DNA of 64,000 nucleotides from positions 633,251 through 697,250 of the forward strand of contig CP073341.1 of NCBI GenBank assembly GCA_018141785.1, given 5' to 3'. The DNA is from Candidatus Paraprochloron terpiosi LD05 (GTDB lineage Bacteria; Cyanobacteriota; Cyanobacteriia; Cyanobacteriales; Prochloraceae). How positions within the stretch are numbered: position 1 is the stretch's first letter; each line of letters begins with the position of its first letter. Below are positions 11,434 through 22,525 of the stretch, one piece after another. The notes under the pieces were generated by a model, which was given only the letters and a program-made list of their open reading frames with translations, searched no databases and was not told the DNA's origin. Position numbers and translations under genes: made by a program.

Positions 11434-11643
11434 ATTTTTACGAAAATAACCTTCTAATAAAGCAAAATTACCACACAACACAGCACAAAGCAATCATACC
11501 ACAAAAAGTTACCCAGGGCAACTCGTGACAATTGCAATGAGCTAAGAGGGTAAAGCTGCATTTGGCTCTATTATAGCACCATTAGAACAACTTTCCTTCT
11601 CTGTGACTCTTTGACTCTGGGTGAAACCCTTCCTAGATTATAC

Positions 11644-12141
11644 TTAAAGCCCGATCGCGTATTTACGCCACTTGTGCTCGGTATTTCCTTTTGTCTGTTT
11701 GACGATTTCAAAGTGAAGACTGCTGTGGGGTCGTCTCGGTCGGGTGAGCAACTTCATACTCGCTTCTTTCGGTGTGCGATTGCCTTTTTTTACATTACAT
11801 CGAACGCAGGCAGCCACCAAATTCTCCCAGGTATCCCCACCACCGCGAGAACGAGGAATAATGTGGTCTAGGGTTAATACCTCCCCTTGATAACGACAGT
11901 ATTGACAAGTGTGACGATCTCGTTCGAGAATATTCCGGCGGGTTAAAGTAATTTCCTTATAGGGAATTCTTACATAGTAAAGGAGGCGAATCACCGTCGG
12001 CAGAGGAAATCCGGGAAATAAATATTTCCCATTGTGTTCAAGTTGCTCGGCTTTGCCTTTGAGTAATAAAACAACTGCCCTCCGCCAACTGGTGATGTTC
12101 AGCGGTTCGTAGGAAGCGTTTAGCACCAGAACCTTGCCCAT
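11644..12141 (-). CDS. HNH endonuclease (conserved cyanobacterial type)
   Basis: VLVLNASYEPL, CQYC, DHIIPRSRGG and CVRCN motifs. Confidence 0.9.
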   Translation of the reverse strand: MGKVLVLNASYEPLNITSWRRAVVLLLKGKAEQLEHNGKYLFPGFPLPTVIRLLYYVRIPYKEITLTRRNILERDRHTCQYCRYQGEVLTLDHIIPRSRGGGDTWENLVAACVRCNVKKGNRTPKEASMKLLTRPRRPHSSLHFEIVKQTKGNTEHKWRKYAIGL

Positions 12142-12217
12142 GGGTAGCTCAGATATATAAAAAGCTCTTATACCCTATACTAGCATAGCGGGCTGAGTGG
12201 TTTTATTATAGGATAAT

Positions 12218-13360
12218 ATGGAGAAAATTCGCCAACGGGCTTGGGTAGAAATCAATCTGGAAGCTCTAGCCCAAAATACCAGGCAGATTAAAAAGATATT
12301 GTCGCCTCAAACAGAACTAATGGCAGTAGTTAAAGCAGATGCTTATGGTCACGGTGCTGTGAGGGTTGCTGAAACCGTCTTACAAGCAGGCAGCTCAAGT
12401 CTGGCTATTGCCACCCTAGCAGAAGGCATGGAATTGCGACAAGCTGGCATTGGAGCACCCATTTTGATTTTAGGAAGCTCTAATACGGTGGCAGAAATCG
12501 AAGCCATCGCCCACTGGCAATTGCAACCTACTCTCTGCAATCCGTCCACTGCTGAGATGGTTGCTGCAACTATGAGGAGACTGAACCAAACTTTACCTGT
12601 CCATCTCAAATTAGATACTGGTATGTCCCGTCTGGGAACTCCCTGGTATAAGACAGAGGAATTTGTCCGTTCTGTCAGTCAGTTGCCTAATTTGAAAATA
12701 TCAAGTATTTATTCCCATTTAGCCACTGCTGACGACCCTAATACCACCACTATGGAAGAGCAACAGAGGCGTTTTCAGGAGGCGATCGCCCAAATTAAAG
12801 ACCTCCCAATACCTCAACCCCAACTTCACCTTGCCAACTCAGCAGCGGCGATCGCAGATCCCTCTTATCACTATGACCTGGTCCGGGTGGGTTTAGCCCT
12901 TTACGGACTTTATCCCGCTCCTCACCTGCAACCTAAAGTCCCCCTCACACCAGTGCTTCAAGTATTCGCCCGAGTTACCCAAGTAAAAACCATTCCCCCT
13001 GGTACTGGTGTCAGCTATGGTCATCAATTTATTGCCCATGGCGATTTGCGTGTCGCTGTGGTGGGTATCGGTTACGCTGATGGAGTGCCTCGTAATCTCT
13101 CTAACCGCCTCCAAGTGTCCATCAGAGGTCAGTTAGTACCCCAAATTGGTGCAATTACAATGGATCAGTTGATGTTAGATGTGAGCACCATTCCCGACCT
13201 GCGAGTGGGTGAAGTAGTCACCCTGATAGGTATTGATGGTAACGTGGAAATATCCGCCGACCATTGGGCTAACGCTTTAGGTACTATTTCTTGGGAAATA
13301 CTCTGCGGCTTCAAACACCGACTCCCACGAGTTAGCATCAATCAGCCGCAGAAAAATTAG
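12218..13360 (+). CDS. alr: Alanine racemase
   Basis: AVVKADAYGHG, DTGMSRLG and GYADG motifs. Confidence 0.96.
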   Translation: MEKIRQRAWVEINLEALAQNTRQIKKILSPQTELMAVVKADAYGHGAVRVAETVLQAGSSSLAIATLAEGMELRQAGIGAPILILGSSNTVAEIEAIAHWQLQPTLCNPSTAEMVAATMRRLNQTLPVHLKLDTGMSRLGTPWYKTEEFVRSVSQLPNLKISSIYSHLATADDPNTTTMEEQQRRFQEAIAQIKDLPIPQPQLHLANSAAAIADPSYHYDLVRVGLALYGLYPAPHLQPKVPLTPVLQVFARVTQVKTIPPGTGVSYGHQFIAHGDLRVAVVGIGYADGVPRNLSNRLQVSIRGQLVPQIGAITMDQLMLDVSTIPDLRVGEVVTLIGIDGNVEISADHWANALGTISWEILCGFKHRLPRVSINQPQKN

Positions 13361-13376
13361 TCAACCATGGTACGTG

Positions 13377-13640
13377 TTAAAGAGCGCCAGCACTTGCCAG
13401 TCCTAAAATGGTACCCAGACCGATTATATGACCCAAGCTTGTGGTTGCCAGTAATGCTGGAAAACCCATGCCGCCAAACATTGCTGGCATTGGTAAAGCC
13501 GGTCCTTCGCTTGCGTTTTTAATTGTAGCTTTGCCGAAAGCAATAGCAATGATATTGCAGACAATCATCACCATGGCAACCTTCGGGCTCCATGCTACCG
13601 TGTTAGGAATGGACGCAGCTAATAGTAAAGTCGAGTACAT
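13377..13640 (-). CDS. psaK: Photosystem I subunit PsaK
   Basis: WSPKVAMVMIVCN..LLATTSLGHIIG. Confidence 0.92.
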   Translation of the reverse strand: MYSTLLLAASIPNTVAWSPKVAMVMIVCNIIAIAFGKATIKNASEGPALPMPAMFGGMGFPALLATTSLGHIIGLGTILGLASAGAL

Positions 13641-13875
13641 TTAATTGTTTCTCCTCTCTAGTTATGAAAACTGATCTCGATTAAACACCTAATCTTAAGC
13701 TTTTATCAAGATTTTCCTTAGTATATTTTACAATCCTTATACTTTCTATAAAGTTTTGTTAAGATTATTTCATTTTTCCCGGTCTCATATTTATTGTGTT
13801 AAATTTTTGGAACTAATTATTAAATTTTATCACATATTCTCATATTATATGGTATAATACGTCAATCTATGAATA

Positions 13876-14685
13876 CTAATTACTTTCTTTCCACTGGGTG
13901 ATGGCTTTTTGCGCTGTTTCATAAAAAGGAGTATTCTCAGGGATTAAAGCTGCGGTATCAATAGCCAGTTGCAGATCTCCTTGAGCCGCGAGATCCATAG
14001 CCATCAGATAAATTGCTTCGCTCCACTGACGAATTAGTTCCATCGCTTCTTCATAGCCCGGTTGCTGGGGATTAATTTGACCCAGAATAGCTATACTCCG
14101 ATGATAAGAGGAAGCCAGTTGGGGATTGATTAGTCCTTTTGCTGCTGCGAGAAGAGCGGAATTAATTTTCTCCCTGCCAATTTGAATTTTCCATTGCTCG
14201 ATTAACTGTTGTGCTCTCACGTAAGCACTGGGATCGTCTTCAGGAACCAATTGAGCAGTTCCGATAGCGTCGATCTGATTGCCGTCGGCTGCTCGCCCGA
14301 GAGCAATATCCAAAATCGTCTCACTCCAGCGGGTAATATCCTCCCTTGCTTCGGAATAAAGGGGAGCATTGGGTTCCACCTGCCCCGCTTCTGCAATAGC
14401 CCGATTAAAACCATAGGCTTGTAAGAATTGAAGGGAAACTCTAGCATTCTTTAAAATAGCTTCATTCCCTGCTACAGTTTGCTCGGAAGGGGTTGATTGT
14501 GGTCCAGGAGTAGGTGTAGTACTGATCGTTGGTTCAGGTTCTAGATTGGCGAACCCCTTGCGAATCTTACTCAACCCCACCACCTCATCAAAAATCATTG
14601 TCACTACCAGAGTAGAAGCTGCTCCCCACAAAAACCACTGCCACTTCCCGCTGGTAGTTTTAGTGGTTGTGTCTTTGTTGCTCAT
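13876..14685 (-). CDS. Hypothetical membrane-anchored protein with helical repeats
   Basis: One TM segment, a Pro/Thr linker, and repeated Y..A...I.QWS units. Confidence 0.6.
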   Translation of the reverse strand: MSNKDTTTKTTSGKWQWFLWGAASTLVVTMIFDEVVGLSKIRKGFANLEPEPTISTTPTPGPQSTPSEQTVAGNEAILKNARVSLQFLQAYGFNRAIAEAGQVEPNAPLYSEAREDITRWSETILDIALGRAADGNQIDAIGTAQLVPEDDPSAYVRAQQLIEQWKIQIGREKINSALLAAAKGLINPQLASSYHRSIAILGQINPQQPGYEEAMELIRQWSEAIYLMAMDLAAQGDLQLAIDTAALIPENTPFYETAQKAITQWKESN

Positions 14686-14886
14686 CTTTTTAACATTAAT
14701 GCTGAATCGGATTTGAGCTGGGTTATTATAGCAGTGACCACGTACCATACCAGTTACCGTACACATACCATGCAAATGAATTGCAGTCAGAAAGAGGGTG
14801 AGAGCATTTCTCGCCTGCGCTATAGCCAACTCACTTGGAGCTTTATGATATTACAATGGGGAAGTTGTATACAAAGTGGTCAAAAT

Positions 14887-15063
14887 ATGGCTGTCCCCAA
14901 GAAGAAAACTTCAAAATCGAAACGCAATCATCGCAGAGCACATTGGGAAAGAAAAGCTGCAACCGAGGCGCAATTTGCCCTCTCTCTGGGAAAATCAGTT
15001 CTGACTGGACGTTCCAATAGTTTTGTTTATCCCACTCAAGAAGAGGAAGAGGAGGAAGAATAA
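14887..15063 (+). CDS. rpmF: 50S ribosomal protein L32
   Basis: [17 protein letters not shown]. Confidence 0.95.
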   Translation: MAVPKKKTSKSKRNHRRAHWERKAATEAQFALSLGKSVLTGRSNSFVYPTQEEEEEEE

Positions 15064-15110
15064 GATGGGGAGATGGGGAGCTGGAGAGATGGGGAGATTG
15101 GGAGATTGGA
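15063..15110 (+). repeat. Short tandem repeats (GGGAGAT[G/T], STRR-like)
   Basis: About six imperfect 8-nt units. Confidence 0.7.
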
Positions 15111-15195
15111 AAATCGTTCAGTCTTGCTCCCAACAACTTTTGTATCTCACAGATTCACCCTATCCCCCTATCTTCCCTTTGGTGTATAAGTAGGC

Positions 15196-15981
15196 ATGGA
15201 GAAGTTGAAAATCAAGGGTTTTATGCCGACACTCGATTTGCTGCCTCAGAGTACTTCTAACCTGGAATTAACCCGAAGGAGTCGCATTCTCCTAGTGGAG
15301 GATGAAGATTTGATTCGGGATACCATCGCTTTAGCCCTAGAAGAGGAAGGTTACGAGGTGATTACAGCCAGAGACGGACGTGCAGCGTTAACATTGCTGC
15401 AAAATGCCTACTCCTCTTCCAGTTCCCCTCTGGAGCTGATTGTCTTAGATATCATGTTACCTGAGGTTAACGGTTTAGATGTGTGTCGCTTGCTGCGTTA
15501 TCAAGGCAATATGCTCCCCATTTTAATTCTCAGTGCTAAAAGTAGCGAAACCGATCGGGTCTTGGGTTTAGAGGTAGGGGCTGATGATTACCTCACCAAA
15601 CCTTTTAGTATGCGAGAGTTAGTTGCTCGAACTCGGGCTTTACTCCGTCGTCAGCGCTTTAGTTCTTTACCGCAGGAGCCAACCCCGGTAAGACAGTATA
15701 AGGATGTGATGCTGTTTTCCCAAGAGTGCCGTGTAGTGGTTCGGGAAAAAGAAGTAAATCTTTCTCCTAAAGAGTTTCGCTTGCTGGATTTATTCATGAG
15801 TTATCCTCGCCGAGTTTGGTCTCGGGAGCAATTGATCCAACAGGTTTGGGGACATGATTTCTTGGGAGATATGAAAACTGTAGATGTCCATATTCGTTGG
15901 TTACGAGAAAAATTAGAGCAAGACCCCTCTCAGCCAGAATATATAATTACGGTGCGGGGTTTTGGTTATCGTTTTGGCTAG
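15196..15981 (+). CDS. sphR: PhoB-type response regulator (SphR)
   Basis: REC plus winged-helix domains (GADDYLTKPF, TVDVHIRWLREK); lies upstream of a kinase and phoU. Confidence 0.8.
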   Translation: MEKLKIKGFMPTLDLLPQSTSNLELTRRSRILLVEDEDLIRDTIALALEEEGYEVITARDGRAALTLLQNAYSSSSSPLELIVLDIMLPEVNGLDVCRLLRYQGNMLPILILSAKSSETDRVLGLEVGADDYLTKPFSMRELVARTRALLRRQRFSSLPQEPTPVRQYKDVMLFSQECRVVVREKEVNLSPKEFRLLDLFMSYPRRVWSREQLIQQVWGHDFLGDMKTVDVHIRWLREKLEQDPSQPEYIITVRGFGYRFG

Positions 15982-16041
15982 ATCAGTGCTAATTTAGAGC
16001 AGAGGTGGAACCAACACCCAAAACATTGCCACCAACAACTC

Positions 16042-17283
16042 ATGCCTTTGATTACATTTATCCTGGGATTATGTCTGGGAGTTGGTTTTGGCTTCTGGAA
16101 ACAACACCAGGTAAATCAGCAGTTGAGGCGAATATTAGATTTATTCCACCATGGAACAGGTGCAGAGTTGACGTCTTTGCCCGTACTTTCTCTAGTGCGC
16201 CGTGAGATTTTCCGTATCCTTCAAACTAGCCAACAATTGGCCGGAGAATTGCAAACCTGGCAGCAGTTATGGGAAATAGCTCCCATAGGCTATTTGCACG
16301 TCGATGAAGAAAACCAACTCCTATGGTGCAACCAACGGGCACGAGAACTGTTAAATATTGACCGTTGGCAACCAGGAAAGGTACGTTTGCTCTTGGAGTT
16401 GGTTCTTTCCTACGAACTGGATCGCTCTATCGAACGAACTCGCCAATGCCAACAACTGCAAGTGATAGAATGGGAATTCTACACCAATAATAAATCCCCC
16501 CTCCTTTTGAAAGCCTCTTGTTTTCCTCAACCTTCAGGAACTGTTGCTGTTTTTATCGAAAACCAACAACCTTTGGTGGAACTTTCTCGCTCCCGCGATC
16601 GCGCTTTTGCAGATCTCACCCACGAACTTAGAACCCCACTCACCTCTATCTCCCTGGTAACAGAACTGTTACTTCAGCGTCTGGAAAATTCTGAACGCCA
16701 CTGGGTTGAGCGCATGTCCAAGGAAATTCATCGCCTGATTGATTTAGTGCAACAATGGCTCGATATCAGTCGCTTACAGGAAAATCCTAGCCAACATCTT
16801 CAGTATGAGTCTATCCTATTGGGGGATTTAATTGTTGCTACCTGGGAAACTCTCTCTCCTCTAGCCGGGCAAAAAGAAGTAGAGCTGACTTATAATGGTT
16901 CCTCCTCTATCCAACTGGAAGGGGATCCTCATCGCCTAACTCAAGTATTTCTCAATTTATTCCATAATGCCATTAAACATAGCTACCCCCAAGGAGAAAT
17001 AAGGGTGGAAGTCCAAAGGGGATCGGGTGTTACTATTAATATTATAGATTCCGGCTCCGGTTTTCAGGCGTCAGACTTACCCCATATATTCGAGCGACTA
17101 TATCGAGGAGATCCTTCCCGCACCAGACAACAATCAAAAGAACATGAAGGTAGCGGTTTGGGACTGGCGATCGTCCAGGAAATTATCCAAGCTCATGGTG
17201 GTTCCATTGAAGCTCAAAATCATCCAGAAACTGGCGGTGCATGGCTGCAAATTATTCTACCCCAGAGCTCGGTACAGGTGTAG
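16042..17283 (+). CDS. sphS: PhoR-type sensor histidine kinase (SphS)
   Basis: HELRTPLT, NAIKH, DSGSG and GSGLGL motifs; Pho gene context. Confidence 0.8.
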   Translation: MPLITFILGLCLGVGFGFWKQHQVNQQLRRILDLFHHGTGAELTSLPVLSLVRREIFRILQTSQQLAGELQTWQQLWEIAPIGYLHVDEENQLLWCNQRARELLNIDRWQPGKVRLLLELVLSYELDRSIERTRQCQQLQVIEWEFYTNNKSPLLLKASCFPQPSGTVAVFIENQQPLVELSRSRDRAFADLTHELRTPLTSISLVTELLLQRLENSERHWVERMSKEIHRLIDLVQQWLDISRLQENPSQHLQYESILLGDLIVATWETLSPLAGQKEVELTYNGSSSIQLEGDPHRLTQVFLNLFHNAIKHSYPQGEIRVEVQRGSGVTINIIDSGSGFQASDLPHIFERLYRGDPSRTRQQSKEHEGSGLGLAIVQEIIQAHGGSIEAQNHPETGGAWLQIILPQSSVQV

Positions 17284-17416
17284 GTTTTTAATATTTCGGT
17301 TGAGGCGCTTCGGGCTGAGCGTCTGGATTCGCCTTCCCCTTCTATTATCCCTGACTAATTGCTACAAACCGGAGTCTCTGTGAATAGTTACAAGATCTCA
17401 AACGCGAAATTATAGA

Positions 17417-18253
17417 ATGACTGTAGTAATTTACGAACATGGTAAGCCTCAAATCAAAAGAGTGGAGGCTTTTTGCATCTTAAGGGATAAAAAACTACTA
17501 AGTAATGATGAGCTGTTCTCAGAGACATTAAATCATTTAGACAAGATGATCAAAGAAGGACATCCAAAGGTAACACAGAATGCTTTAAACAATTGTCATG
17601 GTGACTGGTATGAATGGATGTTAGCATGTAGCGCTTGGAATTTAAGGATCAACAGTAATAAAAAAGCAATAGCATTATTACTCCTTAATATAAGCCGTTT
17701 TGATGTGGTTAGCCTTTATACCGACAATTTATATAATCACATCAGTGATTTACGCCAAAAGGTGAAAAGTATTACAAATGTTCACCTCATCACCTCTAAT
17801 CCCGATTTCGTTATTATTGATCCCGATGGGATAGAACTCGATCAGTCATTTGACCATCTCATTACCGAATTTACTACTGATACAATTCAGATATTAGAAG
17901 AATCATACAGATACTTTATCGGTAAATGTCTGTTTGAGAATATTATTGGTTATTTATCGATTAAAACAAGTTTAAGACCTGATAGGAGATTGCAAATTGC
18001 CCATGAGGGAAGTTTGATGAAAGCGACTTATATTCATTTGCAGACGCGAGAATGGATAATTAATCCAAGAGGTCTAAAATATTATGCAGCTTCAACAGAA
18101 GTTGGTGATGCAGATAGAAATGCTTTGAAAACTGTAGCGACACATTCTATAACAAATGTTCAAAGCCTGCCACAAGCAGCAGTTGATGAGGTTTTTGTAA
18201 TAAACTCTTTAATACAAGCCAATCAAGCCTTTGATAAAATTTTATCAGTTTAA
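17417..18253 (+). CDS. Cfr10I/Bse634I-family type II restriction endonuclease
   Basis: GDWYE, SNPD and KTSLRPDRRLQ..HEGS motifs. Confidence 0.8.
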   Translation: MTVVIYEHGKPQIKRVEAFCILRDKKLLSNDELFSETLNHLDKMIKEGHPKVTQNALNNCHGDWYEWMLACSAWNLRINSNKKAIALLLLNISRFDVVSLYTDNLYNHISDLRQKVKSITNVHLITSNPDFVIIDPDGIELDQSFDHLITEFTTDTIQILEESYRYFIGKCLFENIIGYLSIKTSLRPDRRLQIAHEGSLMKATYIHLQTREWIINPRGLKYYAASTEVGDADRNALKTVATHSITNVQSLPQAAVDEVFVINSLIQANQAFDKILSV

Positions 18254-19387
18254 TCATAAATCGTATAAGAGCCTATTCAAGAAATCACTCACTGTATTGG
18301 CAATCCCTAAAGATGCCAAGTAGGGTATCCCATTACCAATAGTTTTAAACATATTGGATAAAGACATGTTCTCAGGCAAATAAAACTCTTTTGGCATTGA
18401 TTGTATTGCTAAAGCTTCTGCTGCTGAGAGTCTCCTATTTTTATAAGGATGTAAGTGAACCTCATTATTCCCATAAGCTGCGGTAGGTGAGTACCGCCAT
18501 CGATGTAAACGTTTATATGACTTCTTTCTATCATCACCTTCACCAATGATTTTCATCTTTGCCAACCCCGCCCTAGGTACAAAATGGTGAGATGCATTAG
18601 GATGATTTTCAACATCATTCTTCTCAAACCAATGTTGAATAGTAAGCTTAGATAGATTGAGTAAATGTTTAGGCATAGGCTTATAGCTTCCCTCCTGGTA
18701 ATCTTCTACAGAAGGCCATATAGACTTATCCAAAACTTTCTCCTTATCATATTTAATATATTTTTCCCAGTTAAAGGCCATATTCTTAAAAGTGAGTTGA
18801 CTGGAATATGGGATATATTTTTTCCTTATGCCAAACATGATAATTCGATCTCGATCTTGTGGCGCTCCAAATTCAATACAATTTGTTAGCCTTTCAGTAA
18901 TAAGATAATCCTCATTCATCAGTCCCTGCTTTATCTCTTCATAAAACTCTCTGTGGCGTTTAGTTCTCCATAATCCTTTTACATTCTCAAAAACAAAGAA
19001 ATCCGGTTTATTGTTGATAACAAGATCAATATAGATTTTAGTCAGCTTACCATTCTTACCATCTTTCCCTTTATTTTTACCACCCACCGAAAAATCGGGA
19101 CAGGGTGGGCCACCAATAAAACCGAAGAGATAATATTTGGTTCTCACATCCTCTATTAGCTTTTTAAGATATAATTTGCCAGCCCCTTGCATAAAATATT
19201 CTATGCTGTTAGAGCTGTAACCATATTCAGGGGGAATAATCTTTAATTGGTTTCTTGTGTATTTATAGGCATCTAGGAAAGGCAAATGATTTTCATTAAC
19301 AAACTTTATATCGAAATCGCTATGTTCAAATCCTAAATCGAGGAAACCACTTCCAGAGAAAAATGAGAAAACTGCTAATTTTTCCAT
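18254..19387 (-). CDS. C5 cytosine DNA methyltransferase
   Basis: FSGSG, GGPPCPDFS, ENVKG, QDRDR and IGNGIP motifs; convergent with the REase. Confidence 0.93.
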   Translation of the reverse strand: MEKLAVFSFFSGSGFLDLGFEHSDFDIKFVNENHLPFLDAYKYTRNQLKIIPPEYGYSSNSIEYFMQGAGKLYLKKLIEDVRTKYYLFGFIGGPPCPDFSVGGKNKGKDGKNGKLTKIYIDLVINNKPDFFVFENVKGLWRTKRHREFYEEIKQGLMNEDYLITERLTNCIEFGAPQDRDRIIMFGIRKKYIPYSSQLTFKNMAFNWEKYIKYDKEKVLDKSIWPSVEDYQEGSYKPMPKHLLNLSKLTIQHWFEKNDVENHPNASHHFVPRAGLAKMKIIGEGDDRKKSYKRLHRWRYSPTAAYGNNEVHLHPYKNRRLSAAEALAIQSMPKEFYLPENMSLSNMFKTIGNGIPYLASLGIANTVSDFLNRLLYDL

Positions 19388-19755
19388 ACTGAGAATCAAG
19401 TAATCTTTGATGATACTTGGCCATCTAAGGTTTACTAATATTATACGCACTCAGTGCCTATAGTCAAGTACGAATTCAGGTTTTGTGTATTTATTTATAA
19501 GTTTAGGAGAGGGGAGGGCGGAATTAATGTTATAGTTATGGAATGGACAACAAAGAAGAGATAGAGAGGTGAGAAGTTGAGAGGAGAAGACCCGCATCCC
19601 AAGCGGCATCAGTTCATTCAAGCTTGACGCACCAGCTTTGGGTCTCAGTCCCAGGCTGGCTGTGAGTTTGTGGCACGGATGTTGACGGTGGCTACTTCCC
19701 ACAAGCGGCGATACCGTTCTGTTCTCGACTTTTCCCACTTGTGAATAGTTACAAT

Positions 19756-20403
19756 ATGTTAGAGGGAACAACTCACTTTCAGCGATGTCTACGGCGATTA
19801 AAGCAAGATGTTTTGCGCATGGGAGCTTTGGTGGAAGAATCCTTTCGCCTCAGCCATCAATGTTTATTTACGGGCAATCTGGAAGTAGCCAAAGAATTTA
19901 GCTTGCGGGATAAGCGCATCGACAAATATTATCGCAAAATCGAGGAAGATTGCGCTACTATTATAACCCTGCAAGCACCTGTAGCCAAGGAATTGCGTAT
20001 TTTGAGTGCCTTTATGCAATTGGTACGAGACTTGGAGCGCATTGGGGATTATGCTCAAAATTTGACGGAAACAGCAGTCAAGCTCTTTCCTTATCCCCCT
20101 CATCCTGTTATGAAGGAAATGGAGCAAATGTCTAATTACGCTCAGGGAATGTTGCTTTATAGTCTCCAAGCATTGGGGGAATTAGATGGGACCGCAGGGC
20201 AAATTGTACATCGTCTAGATGATGAAGTAGATGCTGCCCACGATAGAATATATCAAACTTTGGCGGCTGATCGCGATATTCAAGAGGTAGTCGAACCAAT
20301 TTTACTTTTAGCTCTAATAAATCGGGATTTGGAAAGAATGGCGGATCATGCTACGAATATTGCCCAAAGAGTCTCTTATATTGTGAACGGCTATCGAGAA
20401 TAA
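19756..20403 (+). CDS. phoU: Phosphate signalling protein PhoU
   Basis: Two DLERxxD repeats; QAPVAKELR. Confidence 0.93.
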   Translation: MLEGTTHFQRCLRRLKQDVLRMGALVEESFRLSHQCLFTGNLEVAKEFSLRDKRIDKYYRKIEEDCATIITLQAPVAKELRILSAFMQLVRDLERIGDYAQNLTETAVKLFPYPPHPVMKEMEQMSNYAQGMLLYSLQALGELDGTAGQIVHRLDDEVDAAHDRIYQTLAADRDIQEVVEPILLLALINRDLERMADHATNIAQRVSYIVNGYRE

Positions 20404-20423
20404 TTTATAGCAGGGCACAAAAG

Positions 20424-20462
20424 TTTCGCGCAAAGCCGCAAAGTAGCCGCTCGAAAGACTCG
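20424..20462 (+). repeat. Dispersed repeat CGCAAAGTAGCCGCTCGAAAGACTCG
   Basis: Its reverse complement recurs at 28612-28650. Confidence 0.75.
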
Positions 20463-20499
20463 CAGAGAGCGCAAAGTGGTTGCACCTCTAATCTCAAAA

Positions 20500-20529
20500 T
20501 TTAACCTAATTTTAACTTTAAGTTAACTT
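20500..20529 (+). promoter_or_regulatory. Cyanobacterial Pho box (SphR binding site)
   Basis: TTTAACCT-aat-TTTAACTT-taa-GTTAACTT: three YTTAAYYW-like units with 11-bp period upstream of the porin. Confidence 0.75.
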
Positions 20530-20809
20530 TGTTATTACCTATAAATAAACTAGCTGGTTTACCAAAGGTAAAGTGTAGCCATGTTAATATCTCTTGACCC
20601 AACAAATACTTATTTAATGCTATAAACTTGATTTGATGTTATGTGATACAAGCAAGCATGAACATGCCTAAAGGTAAGAATTGTCAATAAAAGGTTTTTA
20701 TTTTGATAATTTTAAAAACTTATTGACAAAAGCTATTATCTATATTATCATGGCAATAGTATTGACAAATGGTGAACACAGACATCTAAATCGAGGTGTG
20801 AGGAAAAAA

Positions 20810-22429
20810 ATGTTCTCGAAATTACTGAAAATAACACCTGCCGTATTGGCAGCTTCTTTGTTGGTAGCCAACAGCTCCCTGGCACAAACACCCAGCTCCG
20901 ATAGGGATCTATTAGAGCAGCTCAACCGCTACAGCGGGGAAATGGATCAAGTGAATAGCGTCCGGGAGTTAAGGGACGTTGCTCCGGGACATTGGGCTTA
21001 TGATGCGCTGCGCAACTTAATCGAACGCTACGGCTGCATGCGGGGCTACCCAGACAGAACCTTTCGGGGCAATCAAGGAGTAACCCGCTATGAATTTGCC
21101 GCCGCTCTCAATCAATGTTTGCAAAGCATCGAGCGGTTAATTGTAGCCAGCGAAAGCCAACGCCCTGGTTCTTCCCCCGTCAGCAGTGGAGATTTACGTG
21201 GCATTCAACGGCTAACCGCAGAGTTTGAAGCAGAATTAGCAATTCTGAGCGCTCGGGTAGATGATTTGGAAGGAAAGGTTGATTTTCTCGAAGACCATCA
21301 ATTTTCCACCACTACTAAGCTGAAAGGGGAAGTAATCTTTACCCTAGCTGGTGCTTTTGGGGATGAACAGGCTAATAGTACAGATCCAATTGACGACAAT
21401 ATTACTTTCAGCGATCGCGTTCGTTTGAACTTCGATACCAGCTTCACCGGAAAAGATCGCCTGCGTACTCGCTTATCCGCAGGAAACTTTACCTCTCTTG
21501 CTAGTGCTACAAACACTGACTCTGCTCGTTTGGGGCATGATCAACAGGGTACACGAAGTGATGATGGACGACTAAATAACAATATAGAACTGGATGAGTT
21601 GATTTATCGTTTCCCCGTGGGGGATAAAACCCGCATTTATGTGGGGGCAAACGATTTTTCAATTAATGATGTTTTCCCTGTCTTGAATCCCTATTTAGCC
21701 AGTAGTGGGGGCGGCGCTCTTGCTCGGTTCGGACGGCGGAACCCCTTGGTACATCGTGCTCCTGGGGGAGCTGGTGCAGCAGTCCAGCATAAATTCAGCA
21801 AGCAATTCAAAGTATCCGCTCTCTATCTAACTACTAGCAATGATGCTGCTAATCCTGCCTCTGGTGAAGGATTGTTCAATGGCACTTATAGCGCTGGGGT
21901 TCAGTTAGATATTGCCCCCACTGAGAACTGGGATCTGAGTTTGACTTATCTCCGTAGCTTTGAAACCGGCGACGATGTCAACTTGACAGGGAGTACGGGA
22001 AGTGGTAATGCCAAGCGACCTTTTGGTCGTGCTGATACGGAGGCCAATCATTTTGGCATCAACACTAATTATAAAGTGAGCGATCGCTTCAATGTAGGTG
22101 GCTGGTTCGGTTTAGTAGATGCTCAACAAGCTGGGGCAAATAATAGCGCCACTATCATTAACTGGTCCGTCAATTTAGCCTTCCCCGATTTGGGTAAAGA
22201 GGGGAATGTGGGGGGGATAATTTTCGGTCAGCCTGCCACCGTTACCTCAGCAGATGGTACAGCAGTAGAAGATCCTGATACTGCCTTCCATGTTGAAGCC
22301 CTCTACAAATATAAGGTGAGCAAGAACATCTCAGTAACTCCTGGAGTGTACGTGATTTTCAACCCAGAGAGCAATTCCGACAACGATACCATCGTGGTAG
22401 GAGCAGTAAGAACTACCTTTAAGTTCTAG
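20810..22429 (+). CDS. SLH-domain/OprB-type outer membrane porin
   Basis: Signal peptide, SLH (HWAYDAL..GYPDRTFRG..RYEFAA), FSTTTKL, C-terminal RTTFKF. Confidence 0.92.
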   Translation: MFSKLLKITPAVLAASLLVANSSLAQTPSSDRDLLEQLNRYSGEMDQVNSVRELRDVAPGHWAYDALRNLIERYGCMRGYPDRTFRGNQGVTRYEFAAALNQCLQSIERLIVASESQRPGSSPVSSGDLRGIQRLTAEFEAELAILSARVDDLEGKVDFLEDHQFSTTTKLKGEVIFTLAGAFGDEQANSTDPIDDNITFSDRVRLNFDTSFTGKDRLRTRLSAGNFTSLASATNTDSARLGHDQQGTRSDDGRLNNNIELDELIYRFPVGDKTRIYVGANDFSINDVFPVLNPYLASSGGGALARFGRRNPLVHRAPGGAGAAVQHKFSKQFKVSALYLTTSNDAANPASGEGLFNGTYSAGVQLDIAPTENWDLSLTYLRSFETGDDVNLTGSTGSGNAKRPFGRADTEANHFGINTNYKVSDRFNVGGWFGLVDAQQAGANNSATIINWSVNLAFPDLGKEGNVGGIIFGQPATVTSADGTAVEDPDTAFHVEALYKYKVSKNISVTPGVYVIFNPESNSDNDTIVVGAVRTTFKF

Positions 22430-22434
22430 GTATT

Positions 22435-22455
22435 GTAGGGTGGGCATTGCCCACC
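22435..22455 (+). repeat. REP-like palindrome GTAGGGTGGGCATTGCCCACC
   Basis: GTAG plus hairpin; inverted copy at 61710-61729. Confidence 0.7.
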
Positions 22456-22525
22456 TTGCCAGTAACATTGCCCATCTTGCCAGTAACAATACTTACGAAA
22501 AGCGCACCAAGTCAATAACATTGTC

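Noticed and set aside
17284-17400. Possible degenerate controller (C) protein gene before the REase
   Set aside because: Only a vague HTH-like resemblance and no open frame
19560-19740. GC-richer segment upstream of phoU, possibly an IS end or ncRNA
   Set aside because: No recognisable motif, inverted repeat or second copy in the window
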